Origin: Planctomycetota bacterium
GTDB taxonomy: Bacteria > Planctomycetota > UBA11346
Length of the DNA stretch: 64,000 bases
Assembly (NCBI GenBank): GCA_038213805.1
Contig: JBBQSO010000010.1
Span: 29,783 to 93,782, forward strand
Direction: 5' to 3'
The notes under the pieces were generated by a model. That model ran no database searches. It saw only the letters and a program-made list of their open reading frames with translations, and had not been told where the DNA came from. This document shows positions 47,710 through 56,611 of the stretch, in pieces (the stretch's first letter is position 1; each line of letters begins with the position of its first letter). Both the position numbers and the translations under genes were made by a program.

Positions 47710-48633
47710 TCAGGTCACATTGGCGGTCTCGTCAGCCGCTCCGGTCGCCACTGATGCGAGGGTCCGCCTCACCCAGCGCCCGGGAGTGGTTCCATTCACC
47801 CGCCGGAAGCAATGGATGAAATGCTGGGTGGAACAGTACCCGCATTGCCGGGCGACGTCTTCGATGGAGATCCCGGATTCCAGCAGATCGGCGGCACGAC
47901 CCAAGCGGTAGCGGCTCAACCATTGGGAAGGGGGCAGTCCGCAGGCGGCGCGCAGGATGCGCGACAGATGCTCGCGCGTCACTTTCAAATGCCTCGCCAC
48001 GACGGCCATGGGAAGTGGCTGCTGCCAGCTGTCGGTGAGCATGGCCATGGCGCGTTCGGCGAGACGATCGGTCGGTGCCAAACCCCGGGCCAGCGGGTGG
48101 ACGAAGCTCCAGCAGAGATCGTTCGCCTCGACCACGCTCAGGCAGCGATGCATTGGGGCAGCGCTACGGGTGATCAATTTCCCCGACCAGCGCGTGATCA
48201 GCTCTTCGCCCCCGTGGACCGGAACCACATGTCCGGCACGGGCGACGATGCCCTGCACGGCGCTGCGCATGCACTCGCCGACCAGATTCGCATAGATGAA
48301 TTCCAGATGTCCGCCGTCGGGATCGCCCAGGTATTCCAGCGAGCCGTGGACACCGGCATCGTAGACCAGAGCCTGTCCCGGACCGGCCAGTATCCAGGAC
48401 GATGAGCGGTCGGCGCGGCAGCGTAGTCGTCCGCGCATCAGCAATTGTACCGTCACCGACTGGCGATCCTGCAGGGCGACGTGTTCCTGGTAGCTTCCTG
48501 GCTGGCGACTCTCGTACACCACTTTCTCGCAGGTCGGCCAGCCCGCGAAGGGTTCGATGGTGGTGAAGTGGATGGGATTGATCACTGCTCGTGATGATCG
48601 GGTTTCAACCAGGTTTTCCAGCGACACTCCCAT
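47710..48633 (-). CDS. AraC-family transcriptional regulator
   Basis: VARHLKVTREHLSR, RLGRAADLL, IEDVARQCGY..HFIHCFRRVNGTTP. Start ATG 48633 or GTG 48585. Confidence 0.9.
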   Translation of the reverse strand: MGVSLENLVETRSSRAVINPIHFTTIEPFAGWPTCEKVVYESRQPGSYQEHVALQDRQSVTVQLLMRGRLRCRADRSSSWILAGPGQALVYDAGVHGSLEYLGDPDGGHLEFIYANLVGECMRSAVQGIVARAGHVVPVHGGEELITRWSGKLITRSAAPMHRCLSVVEANDLCWSFVHPLARGLAPTDRLAERAMAMLTDSWQQPLPMAVVARHLKVTREHLSRILRAACGLPPSQWLSRYRLGRAADLLESGISIEDVARQCGYCSTQHFIHCFRRVNGTTPGRWVRRTLASVATGAADETANVT

Positions 48634-48739
48634 TCGCTGGTACGGCCGTGTCCACGACCCGCCAGGCACGGGTGGCCGCGGTGTGCTGGCCGGCCAGGTT
48701 ACCCGCACCAGTCCACCGCAGTGAGACGTGAGGTGGTGT

Positions 48740-51700
48740 TCACCGCGATCCGGGGCCTGCCGGGATGGCAGCACCGCCCTTCGCCGGCAAGGGCTGCGGT
48801 GGCAGGTTGTGACCGAACACCTGGACCTCAGACAGGTTGCCCTGGCCGTTGTGCGAGCCGGAGATGACGATGCCCAGGGTCGTCAGCCGGCTGGCCGGGA
48901 CGGTGATCTGCACGGGGGCGTTTCCGGCGACCTGATAGGCCTTGGCGCCGACGATGCCGGTGCTGGCAGCCACATCGCTACCGCCCCGGATCTCAGCGGT
49001 CATGTCAACCGGTCCACCCCAGGCGGAGGGGATGGCAAGGACCAGCCGTTCGACCAGCACCGGGTGGTCGAAGGTGAGCGCATACGAGCATGGGAGCGGA
49101 CCTCTGCCCTGCACTTCCTTGGCGTCGCCGTTTGCGAGGAAGAGGTCACCGCCACTCGGCACCAAGCGCACGATGGCCGCGGAAACCACGTAGGTGCCGC
49201 TCGCAATCGCACTGACCTGCAAGCCCTGCTTGACCGCGACCGCCCGGATGGTGGTGGTGGCGGTCACCGGCACCGGTCCCAAGTAAGGCGTGCCGCTCGT
49301 GGCGGTCGGAACCGAGCCATCGGTGGTATAGCGTATGGCCGCTCCGCTGGTCGGACTGCTGAGGCCCACTTCCAGGGCCGCACTGTAGGTGTCGGGGGCG
49401 CAGGCGAAGACCGGTGCCGCGGTGGTGGTGGTGATCGCATACAATCCGCTGGCGACACCGCTGACGGGCCGGCCACCGGCATCGGGTACCGCGATCGCCT
49501 TGAGGACGGTCCGCGCGGCGAGGGCCAATGGCGCCTTGTAGACCATCCCCGTGGCTGCCGTGGGTTCACTGCCATCGGTGGTGTAGCGCACGGTGGCGCC
49601 GTGGACCGGGACGCTCAGCGTGACCACGGTCGTGCCATCGAACGAGCCGGGTCCGGGGCTGAATGACGGCATGGCGGCCTTCGCCTGGATCCCATCCTTC
49701 ATGCGGTACATCAGGTCTTTGAGGAACCCATCGTCTTCGACGAAGATCAGGTATTCCCCGTCGCTGCGTTGAAAGGCGCTGATGCCGTAGGGGATGTCGA
49801 CCCAACCCTGTTTGGAGCCGACCTCCGGACCAGGCTTGAGCTCCGTGACGAGCCTGCCATCGGCCTTGCTGAAGGCGTACACCGCATTGTGACGACGGCA
49901 TTCCACGGCGAAGATGTAGTCGCCGGCCATGCAGACTGATTTGCAGAAGAGATCCTTGGGGACGTCCATGGGTATCTCGACCTCCCACGCTGGTTTGCGG
50001 TTTCCGGCGCTCCAGTCATTGATGCGCACCAGGGCATGTCCCACCACGCCACCGCCATAGCCGTTCATCGATGGATACTTCTGACTGTAGCCGGTGAGGT
50101 ACATGACATCGGTGGGCTGATCGTAGAGCAGCATGTTCACCGCCGTCAGCGCAGCAGGGATCTCGACCTCCTCAACCCCTTCGAAACGGTACATCGGTGT
50201 GCCGTTGCGGTCCAAGCCACGGCAGGGGAAACTGCGGATGTGCTTCGTGGCGACATTCAACGTCCACACGGTTCCCGTGACATCGACGTACCATGTCCAG
50301 GCCGCCGTGTCCGCGGCCGGCTTGGGGGGTTGGCTGAATTCTCCGGCATCGAACCGGCCATCGCCATTGGCGTCAACCCACAACCATTCGCCCCGCACGG
50401 GACGGTTGGGTGGCCAGTCGCCCTTGGTCTCCTTGGCGCCGAAGAGCGCGCAGGGGATCGCGATCTCGCCATCGGTGGTGGGGTTGAAGCGGTACACGGC
50501 CGGCGGCTCGCCGTACATACCGGTCTCGTAGAGGAAGGTCCTACCCTCGATGACCCGGGTGAAAACCGTGCCGAGCGATGAGTGCAGGCGTGCGTCCTGG
50601 GGGTATTTGAAGCGGTTGAGCGTGCATGCACGATAGGACCATTCCGTGCCCGGACGGGTCTTCGTGAGGTCCAGGCCGAAACGCTCGAACGCGCCGTAGA
50701 CCACGTCCTCCCTGTTCGGGAGCGCATCGACACAATCAGCGAACAACACGGAATGCAGCGCCCACAGGCGTTCGCCACTGGGTGAGTATGCCTCGAGTCC
50801 GGTGCCTGCGCAGGCGACATAGATGTTGCCCTGCTGGTCGACGCCCACGCCCGATGGCTGGTTGAAGCGCAGCGGGCCCTCCAGCCCGGCCGTTCCGGCG
50901 AGAATTCCCCCGGTCGTTCCGAAGGTGGCAGCGGCGATGGGCCGGGTGGTGATGTCACTGTAGATGAGGATGTTCTGGTCCACCCCTGCATTGGTCAGCA
51001 GGATGCGGTTGCGGAAACGATCGACACAGAAGTCACCGGGCACGACGCCCTCAGGGATGATGATCTGCTGTGGTTGCAGGACCCCGGCGGCCGAATACCG
51101 GATGAGCTTCGCCGGAGCCGTCGCGTCCCCAGGCTGGAGCATCCATACAAAGCCATCCTGGTCAGCGTCGAGTCGGCCCAGGCGTTCCGCACGCCAGCTG
51201 CGCTTCACCGTCTGCCCGTTCAGTGGCAACTGATAGACCCTGATCGTTCCGGAATGGGTGTCGGCTGCGAACAGCTCGTCCTTGAAGACGGCCAGACCGA
51301 CCACCGGCTTGTTTTTGCAGTCGCCCGACGTCACCACTTCCAGGCAGCTCTTGTCGTACTGGACGCCTCCGGGGAAGCCGGATGGATGACCATCATAGGC
51401 ATAGCGTTTGATCTCCTGCTGTGCCTGGTCCTTCGCCACTCCGCCAAACGACCCGTCCTGGACGATTGAGAAATAGAAGTGTTGGGGGCCCGTCGCGACG
51501 ATCGCATTGGAGCCGCGTCCCCAACCACCGGTCCCGGATTCGAGCCCCCTGCCCAGCATCACCCCATTCTGGAAGACGCAGATATTCGTGCCGCCCTCAT
51601 CCCAGCGGGTCGTCGCCACCACCTTGCCATCGGGGGTCACCGCCAGATCGGTGATGTCCTGAAGGATGTGGTCCTCGGGGATGCCGTTGGTGTTGCCCAG

Positions 51701-51814
51701 CCACGACGTCGAGTAGGAGACCGCCGCCTGGGCCGATCCGGTGGCGACCAGCCACAGCTGCGCGGCGGCGACCCACCAGCATGGCAAAGCGCGGCGGGAG
51801 AGGTGGCGGGCCAT
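48740..51814 (-). CDS. Secreted NHL/beta-propeller protein with two chitobiase C-terminal (Fn3-associated) domains
   Basis: TSWLGNT, RFNQPSGVGVDQQGNIYV, WVDANGDGRFDAGE, 2x RYTTDGSxP; AAGGAG RBS before ATG 51814. Confidence 0.8.
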   Translation of the reverse strand: MARHLSRRALPCWWVAAAQLWLVATGSAQAAVSYSTSWLGNTNGIPEDHILQDITDLAVTPDGKVVATTRWDEGGTNICVFQNGVMLGRGLESGTGGWGRGSNAIVATGPQHFYFSIVQDGSFGGVAKDQAQQEIKRYAYDGHPSGFPGGVQYDKSCLEVVTSGDCKNKPVVGLAVFKDELFAADTHSGTIRVYQLPLNGQTVKRSWRAERLGRLDADQDGFVWMLQPGDATAPAKLIRYSAAGVLQPQQIIIPEGVVPGDFCVDRFRNRILLTNAGVDQNILIYSDITTRPIAAATFGTTGGILAGTAGLEGPLRFNQPSGVGVDQQGNIYVACAGTGLEAYSPSGERLWALHSVLFADCVDALPNREDVVYGAFERFGLDLTKTRPGTEWSYRACTLNRFKYPQDARLHSSLGTVFTRVIEGRTFLYETGMYGEPPAVYRFNPTTDGEIAIPCALFGAKETKGDWPPNRPVRGEWLWVDANGDGRFDAGEFSQPPKPAADTAAWTWYVDVTGTVWTLNVATKHIRSFPCRGLDRNGTPMYRFEGVEEVEIPAALTAVNMLLYDQPTDVMYLTGYSQKYPSMNGYGGGVVGHALVRINDWSAGNRKPAWEVEIPMDVPKDLFCKSVCMAGDYIFAVECRRHNAVYAFSKADGRLVTELKPGPEVGSKQGWVDIPYGISAFQRSDGEYLIFVEDDGFLKDLMYRMKDGIQAKAAMPSFSPGPGSFDGTTVVTLSVPVHGATVRYTTDGSEPTAATGMVYKAPLALAARTVLKAIAVPDAGGRPVSGVASGLYAITTTTAAPVFACAPDTYSAALEVGLSSPTSGAAIRYTTDGSVPTATSGTPYLGPVPVTATTTIRAVAVKQGLQVSAIASGTYVVSAAIVRLVPSGGDLFLANGDAKEVQGRGPLPCSYALTFDHPVLVERLVLAIPSAWGGPVDMTAEIRGGSDVAASTGIVGAKAYQVAGNAPVQITVPASRLTTLGIVISGSHNGQGNLSEVQVFGHNLPPQPLPAKGGAAIPAGPGSR

Positions 51815-52015
51815 GATGGGACTCCTTGGTTTGCCGAAGCGCTTCCTGATCATCTGGGCACCGTACTCCCGGCCTTGCACCCATGGCGGTTGGCTGGAGC
51901 TGAACGGACGAATGCGATGGAGGTGGCCCTGTTCGGGAAGCTGCGAGTGACGGTAGACATGCAGGCGACCCGTCCCGGAGATGATCGCTCCATATGATGC
52001 AGATGACCCGCTTTG

Positions 52016-52195
52016 AATCGATTGCGCATGTTCTTCACCTGTGACCTTGGAGACAAGGGCGGCGCTCCGAGCCAGTTACGTGTTTGTGATCCCCGATGCG
52101 GGTGAAATCCCGGGATGTGGACGCGCATAAAGGGTATCACGCCCCATGCCGCGGTGGGCCAGATTCCGCCCCGGACCACAGAGCAGATCATCTCT
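52016..52195 (+). repeat. Non-coding element copy B (diverged direct repeat of 36880-37058)
   Basis: See copy A; the position equivalent to ATG 37057 reads CTG. Confidence 0.9.
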
Positions 52196-52348
52196 GAGCA
52201 GATGCGCCCTTTCCAACCTCACCGCCGCGACCCGGTAACCGCTCTGCGCATGCTGCGCGGGGTCTGCTATGAGCATGCGCATGAACCTGCTGCGGTACGC
52301 GTGCCGGCCACCTGCATTGGTGGGTGGCAAAAGCTGCCGGTGGCCTTG

Positions 52349-52876
52349 GACTAGGCCCAATGGCGTTCACTCATCACCCGCCCCTCTGGACGGACCTTCC
52401 GAAGGGCACCTTGGACACCCTGGGAGCGCGCCGATTTGGGCGAGGTGAATAGGAAAATTGTCGGAAACTGCGGTTGCACCGCTCCGTCATCTCGACGATA
52501 GGACGCCCTTGGAGAAGCTCATCGATCAGATCGGCAGCATGTCGGAGGCAATCCGCTCGGACCACCCGTCGTCCGGCGAGAGTGCCTTCCGCCTCGGCCT
52601 GCATGGCCGAGGCAAGGGCCATCCATATGAGCGAGGCTGCGATCTCCAGTTCACACCCAGAGGGACTCCCGTTCGATGAGGGCAGCGAACGGTCTACGGC
52701 TGGGAAACCCCACGATCCATGATCGCTGCATCGCCTGGAATAAGCCACAGCGCAGGGTGCGCTCGGGCGTGATATATGTGCTCATAAGGCCGGAGATCCG
52801 GACCCTTTAATCATGTCAATATCGGTCTTTACCGTGGTTTATCAGGGTTTTAGAGTGAACGCCATTGGGTCTAGTC
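52349..52876 (-). mobile_element. Internally deleted IS4-like element (MITE-sized)
   Basis: Inverted repeats GACTAGGCCCAATGGCGTTCACTC / GAGTGAACGCCATTGGGTCTAGTC (23/24). Internal frame GCELEIAASL..RPNRRAPRVSK resembles an IS4 transposase C-terminus and stops beside the left IR. Confidence 0.75.
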
Positions 52877-52947
52877 GATGTCGCCCGCTCCGCGGGCTCA
52901 TTCCCGGTTACGCCAGCGTCGCCTCCGGGTTCACGACCTGGGCAGGA

Positions 52948-55560
52948 TCACCGCCCCTCGACCCCATAGATCCGCACCCGCTTCAGATGCAGGAACCCCT
53001 CCCCCGCAAGCGCGAACCGCACATAGCGTGCCGCGACCGGCGCCGGCAGCGTCGCATGCCAGGACGGCGCAGCCCCACCTGCGCTCCAGATCGCGCTCCA
53101 CGTCTTCCCATCCAGCGAGGCGCTCGCCACCAGGCTGGCCGCGCGCTCCTGGATCTCCGCGCGCGGATCGTCGCGGTTTATCACCACCAGACCGGCGATG
53201 CGGCACGGGCGGCCGAGGTCGATGGTCACCCTCGGCGCAACCTCTTGCTTCGTGTGGAAGGCGAAGGGATCCGGACCATCGGCGCCGTCGAGCAGGCGGC
53301 CAGAACCGGCGTCGAGTTGCGAACTCGCGGCATACGTCGCACCGGCGGAGAGCAACACCATGCCCGGCAGGTGCGCCGGGTCCGGATCGGCGTCGGCGGT
53401 GGCGCGCGCGGTCTCCCAACCGGCGATGATGTAGCGCGGCTTGGCGAACGGCCCGCTGCGCTGCACCGTGCCACCGCCGGCGGCGGTCCAGGCCAGCGTC
53501 ACGGTGGTGCGATCGCCACGTTCCGCAGCCAAGGTCTCGCCGTCGTCCTCAAGCAGCGTCGCCGGGGCCGGGGTGTCGCCGTACACGCGGCAGGTCAGGG
53601 CGAAGACGGTGTCGGCGGCGACGTGCTCGAGCGGCTCGGCGAGCGGCACGATGCTGCCGGCGCGCACGAAGATCGGGATCTCCTCCGCCGGCGCGGCGAT
53701 GCGCACCGTGCGGCCGCCCGCCCAGCGGCGCGCACCGGCGAGGTCGTACCACTCGCCCGCGGGCAGCCACACGTCGCGCGCGCTCTCGCCCGCGAACAAC
53801 GGGGCGACCATCAGGCTTGGCCCCACCAGCCACTGGTCCTCGACCGCGCGCGCCGCGCGGTCATCGGGGAAATCGGTGACCAGGTGGCGGAAGGGCGGCG
53901 TGCCGCGCCAGCGGTAGTCGGCGAAGGCGGCGTACAAGTACGGGATCAGGCGCATGCGCAGGGCGAACAGCGCGCGCACCTGGGCGGTGGCGCGGTCGGC
54001 CTCGGGCATGCGCTCACCGCGGTTGTTGCGCTCCTTGTCGATTTGGAACCACGGCGGGTGCGCCAGATACCAGGAATTGATGCATGCCATCGGCGAGAAG
54101 ATGGTGGTCTCGACGCGGCGCAGCAGTTCGTCGACGCTGCCGCTCTCGCGCACCTCGGGCGTCCACAGCAGGCCGCTGAAGCCGGCGGAGAGCAACGCGC
54201 GCACGTAGGCGCGGTGGTCGTAGGTGTCGCTGTAGAGCACGTAGGGCAGCGGCGCCGCGAAGCTGTGCGACTGCCGCACCAGATTCCAGCTGCGGCGGTC
54301 GGCGTGCGCCGAGACCGCGAGCATGGTGCGCTGGTAGAGCACGCCCAGCAGCTGGTGCATCTGCTCGCCATCCAATCCGGAGGGGAAACGCGCGAACTCG
54401 GGGAAGCTCCACGGCTGCGCGCCGGCCGGCTGGTTGTCGCACTCGTCGAGCTTGAAATCGGTCACCAGCCCGTGCGCGACCTGCGCGATGTGATGCTCGG
54501 CGAACAGGCGGCGCGCCTCGGGCAGGGAGAAGTCCGGTACCAGCCCGCCCCACACCCCGTAGTCACCGCTCAGCGGCAGCAGCGGCGCGTGCAGCGGCGA
54601 CGCGGGGTTGGTGAAGCAGTGCTCCCACAGGTTGACCGCGTAGCCCATGCCCTGCATGGCGCGCAGGAAGGCCTCGGGATCGGGGAAGCGCTCCGGCGAC
54701 CACGCGAAGGTGCAGGAGTAGGCGTGCGTCTGCCAGCCCGGCTCCACCCCCCACATGTCGCAGGGCATGTGCTGCGCGCGCAGTTCGCCGGCCAGCTCCA
54801 GGCTCTGCTGCGCGGTGAACGGCCCCATGCCGCGGTAGTGGATGCCCAGGCCGTGCAGCGGCGGCAGCGCGCCACCACCGGCGAAGCAGGTCGAGCGGCG
54901 CAGCGCGTCGAGCATGGTCGGCCCGGCGAACTGGAAGACCGTGACGCCCTGCGCCACCGGCACCGCGAAGCACAGGCTGCGCCCGTGCGCCGCGCGCGCG
55001 GCGTAGAGCTGGCCGGTGCTGGTCGCGATCGCAGCGGCGGCCGCCGTGCCCGTCGGCGGTGCGCCGGCCGGCTCGAGATCGTCGAGGTAGGCGCTGACGT
55101 AGCGCGCCGAATCGACCAGGATAGCGCGCCCCTTGGTGGTGATGCAGAACGGCACCGGCGCGTGCGAATCGCCGTTGTCGGCGTCCGGCGCATCGCTGGC
55201 GCGCAGGAACAGCCGGCGGTTGGCCGGGTGCAGGACGTGCATCTGCAGTCCGAATCCGTACACCTCCTCGTCCTGGTCGAGCGGGATGAGGATGGTGCAG
55301 CCGCGCGCCTGGCGCGCGAAGCCGAGGCTGGCGACCGGGAAAGGCGGCTCGGCCACCGCGGGCAGGGCGGCGAGGCCAGGCAGTTCCGGTGCGCGCGCGC
55401 GGAAGCCGCTCGGCACCAGCGCCTCGGGGTCGCCCCAGGTGCAGGACCACACTCCGGGCGCGACCTGCTGCGGCGCCGCATCCTGGGCGCCCGGGCAGAG
55501 CGCCGCGCACGCCCACACAGCGAGCAAGGCGAAGCGTCGGCGGAGTCGGGCGTGGTGCAT
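52948..55560 (-). CDS. Glycoside hydrolase family 31 with C-terminal F5/8 (discoidin) domain
   Basis: VYGFG, SHAPVPF, FAWSPERFPDP, FKLDECD, LRMRLIPYLY, DQWLVGPSLMVAP, VWLPAGEWYD, IPIFVRAGSIVP. Confidence 0.92.
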   Translation of the reverse strand: MHHARLRRRFALLAVWACAALCPGAQDAAPQQVAPGVWSCTWGDPEALVPSGFRARAPELPGLAALPAVAEPPFPVASLGFARQARGCTILIPLDQDEEVYGFGLQMHVLHPANRRLFLRASDAPDADNGDSHAPVPFCITTKGRAILVDSARYVSAYLDDLEPAGAPPTGTAAAAAIATSTGQLYAARAAHGRSLCFAVPVAQGVTVFQFAGPTMLDALRRSTCFAGGGALPPLHGLGIHYRGMGPFTAQQSLELAGELRAQHMPCDMWGVEPGWQTHAYSCTFAWSPERFPDPEAFLRAMQGMGYAVNLWEHCFTNPASPLHAPLLPLSGDYGVWGGLVPDFSLPEARRLFAEHHIAQVAHGLVTDFKLDECDNQPAGAQPWSFPEFARFPSGLDGEQMHQLLGVLYQRTMLAVSAHADRRSWNLVRQSHSFAAPLPYVLYSDTYDHRAYVRALLSAGFSGLLWTPEVRESGSVDELLRRVETTIFSPMACINSWYLAHPPWFQIDKERNNRGERMPEADRATAQVRALFALRMRLIPYLYAAFADYRWRGTPPFRHLVTDFPDDRAARAVEDQWLVGPSLMVAPLFAGESARDVWLPAGEWYDLAGARRWAGGRTVRIAAPAEEIPIFVRAGSIVPLAEPLEHVAADTVFALTCRVYGDTPAPATLLEDDGETLAAERGDRTTVTLAWTAAGGGTVQRSGPFAKPRYIIAGWETARATADADPDPAHLPGMVLLSAGATYAASSQLDAGSGRLLDGADGPDPFAFHTKQEVAPRVTIDLGRPCRIAGLVVINRDDPRAEIQERAASLVASASLDGKTWSAIWSAGGAAPSWHATLPAPVAARYVRFALAGEGFLHLKRVRIYGVEGR

Positions 55561-55760
55561 GGCGTTCCCAGGGAGGGCGGGCCAGCGATGCTGGTGGGGA
55601 GGTGGCGTCGCGCCAGGGAGCATCCGGGATCCGGCGAGTCCGCGCCCGGTCAGCAAGATTCAGACCGTGGAACCCTCTCTTCACCCATGACCTTGCAGCG
55701 ACCACCAGCTGCGCTACGGCCTATCACATCGCTATCGTTGGCCACGTCACGGAGCCAAGC

Positions 55761-56600
55761 ATGTCCCTGCCTTCCTGCCCCTCGGTCCGCCTCCTGGCTC
55801 ACGCCTGCGTGTGCCTGACCGCGCTGGTGGTTGCCGGCTGTGGCAACGCGCCCGCAGGCGCGGCCCGTGCGCCGGCCGCCGCCCGCCCCACCCTCGACAT
55901 CCCCAAGGCCACGCGCACGCCGCTCGTCGACGCCAGCGCGGACGACCCCGCCTGGCTGGGTGCGCCGCAGGTCGACGCGCTCACCCTCGCCACCGGCTCA
56001 CCCGCCGCAGCGCCGTATCCCACCACCGTCGCCCTGCAGTGGGATGCGGAGTTCCTCTACCTGCGCTTCACCTGCCGCAGCGACCTGATCGACGCGCCCT
56101 ACGACGAACGCGACGCCAACCATCACGAGGGCGACGTGGTCGAGGTCTTCCTCGACCCCAAGGGTGACAGCCGCCAGTGGATCGAGATCCAAGTCACGCC
56201 CCGCAACCGCATCCTCGACAACCTGCTGCTGCTCACCGCCGACCCGGTGTCGCGACCCGACGGCCGCCTCGCCGAAAGCGTCTTCCCACGCGACTGGTGG
56301 GCGGACCGCGCGTGGAACCTCGACGGCCTGCGCACCGCGGCGCGCGTGGTGGTGGTGGGCGGTACCATCACCGGATGGGTGGCTGATCTCGCCATCCCCG
56401 CGGATCCCACGCTCAAGCGCCTCGCGCGGACCACCTTCGCGCCGATGACCATGCGCATGAACCTGCTGCGCTACGAGTGGCGCCCACCGGCGCAGGTGGG
56501 CGGGAAGAAGCTGCTGGTGGCGATGGACTGGGCCACAGTGGTCGACGGCTGCCCGCATTTCTCGCCGCAGGCGATGGGGGTGGTGCGGCTGGTGGAGTGA
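55761..56600 (+). CDS. CBM9-like (DOMON-like) lipoprotein
   Basis: Lipobox VAGC; LQWDAEFLYLRF, EGDVVEVFLDP, WIEIQVTP, LAIP, MNLLRY; GGAG RBS. Confidence 0.82.
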   Translation: MSLPSCPSVRLLAHACVCLTALVVAGCGNAPAGAARAPAAARPTLDIPKATRTPLVDASADDPAWLGAPQVDALTLATGSPAAAPYPTTVALQWDAEFLYLRFTCRSDLIDAPYDERDANHHEGDVVEVFLDPKGDSRQWIEIQVTPRNRILDNLLLLTADPVSRPDGRLAESVFPRDWWADRAWNLDGLRTAARVVVVGGTITGWVADLAIPADPTLKRLARTTFAPMTMRMNLLRYEWRPPAQVGGKKLLVAMDWATVVDGCPHFSPQAMGVVRLVE

Positions 56601-56611
56601 GCACCACCCGC

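Noticed and set aside
36880..52195. Repeat pair as DGR template/variable repeats or prophage att sites
   Set aside because: Differences are not adenine-specific, neither copy lies in a gene 3' end, and no reverse transcriptase, integrase or phage gene is present.
52085..52200. GGGTGAAATCCC as an FMN or cobalamin riboswitch
   Set aside because: Other conserved blocks of those riboswitches are not visible and neighbouring genes do not fit; an Rfam scan would settle it.
52813..55818. 1001-aa plus-strand ORF
   Set aside because: Antisense to GH31; Arg/Gly/Ala-rich without family features.
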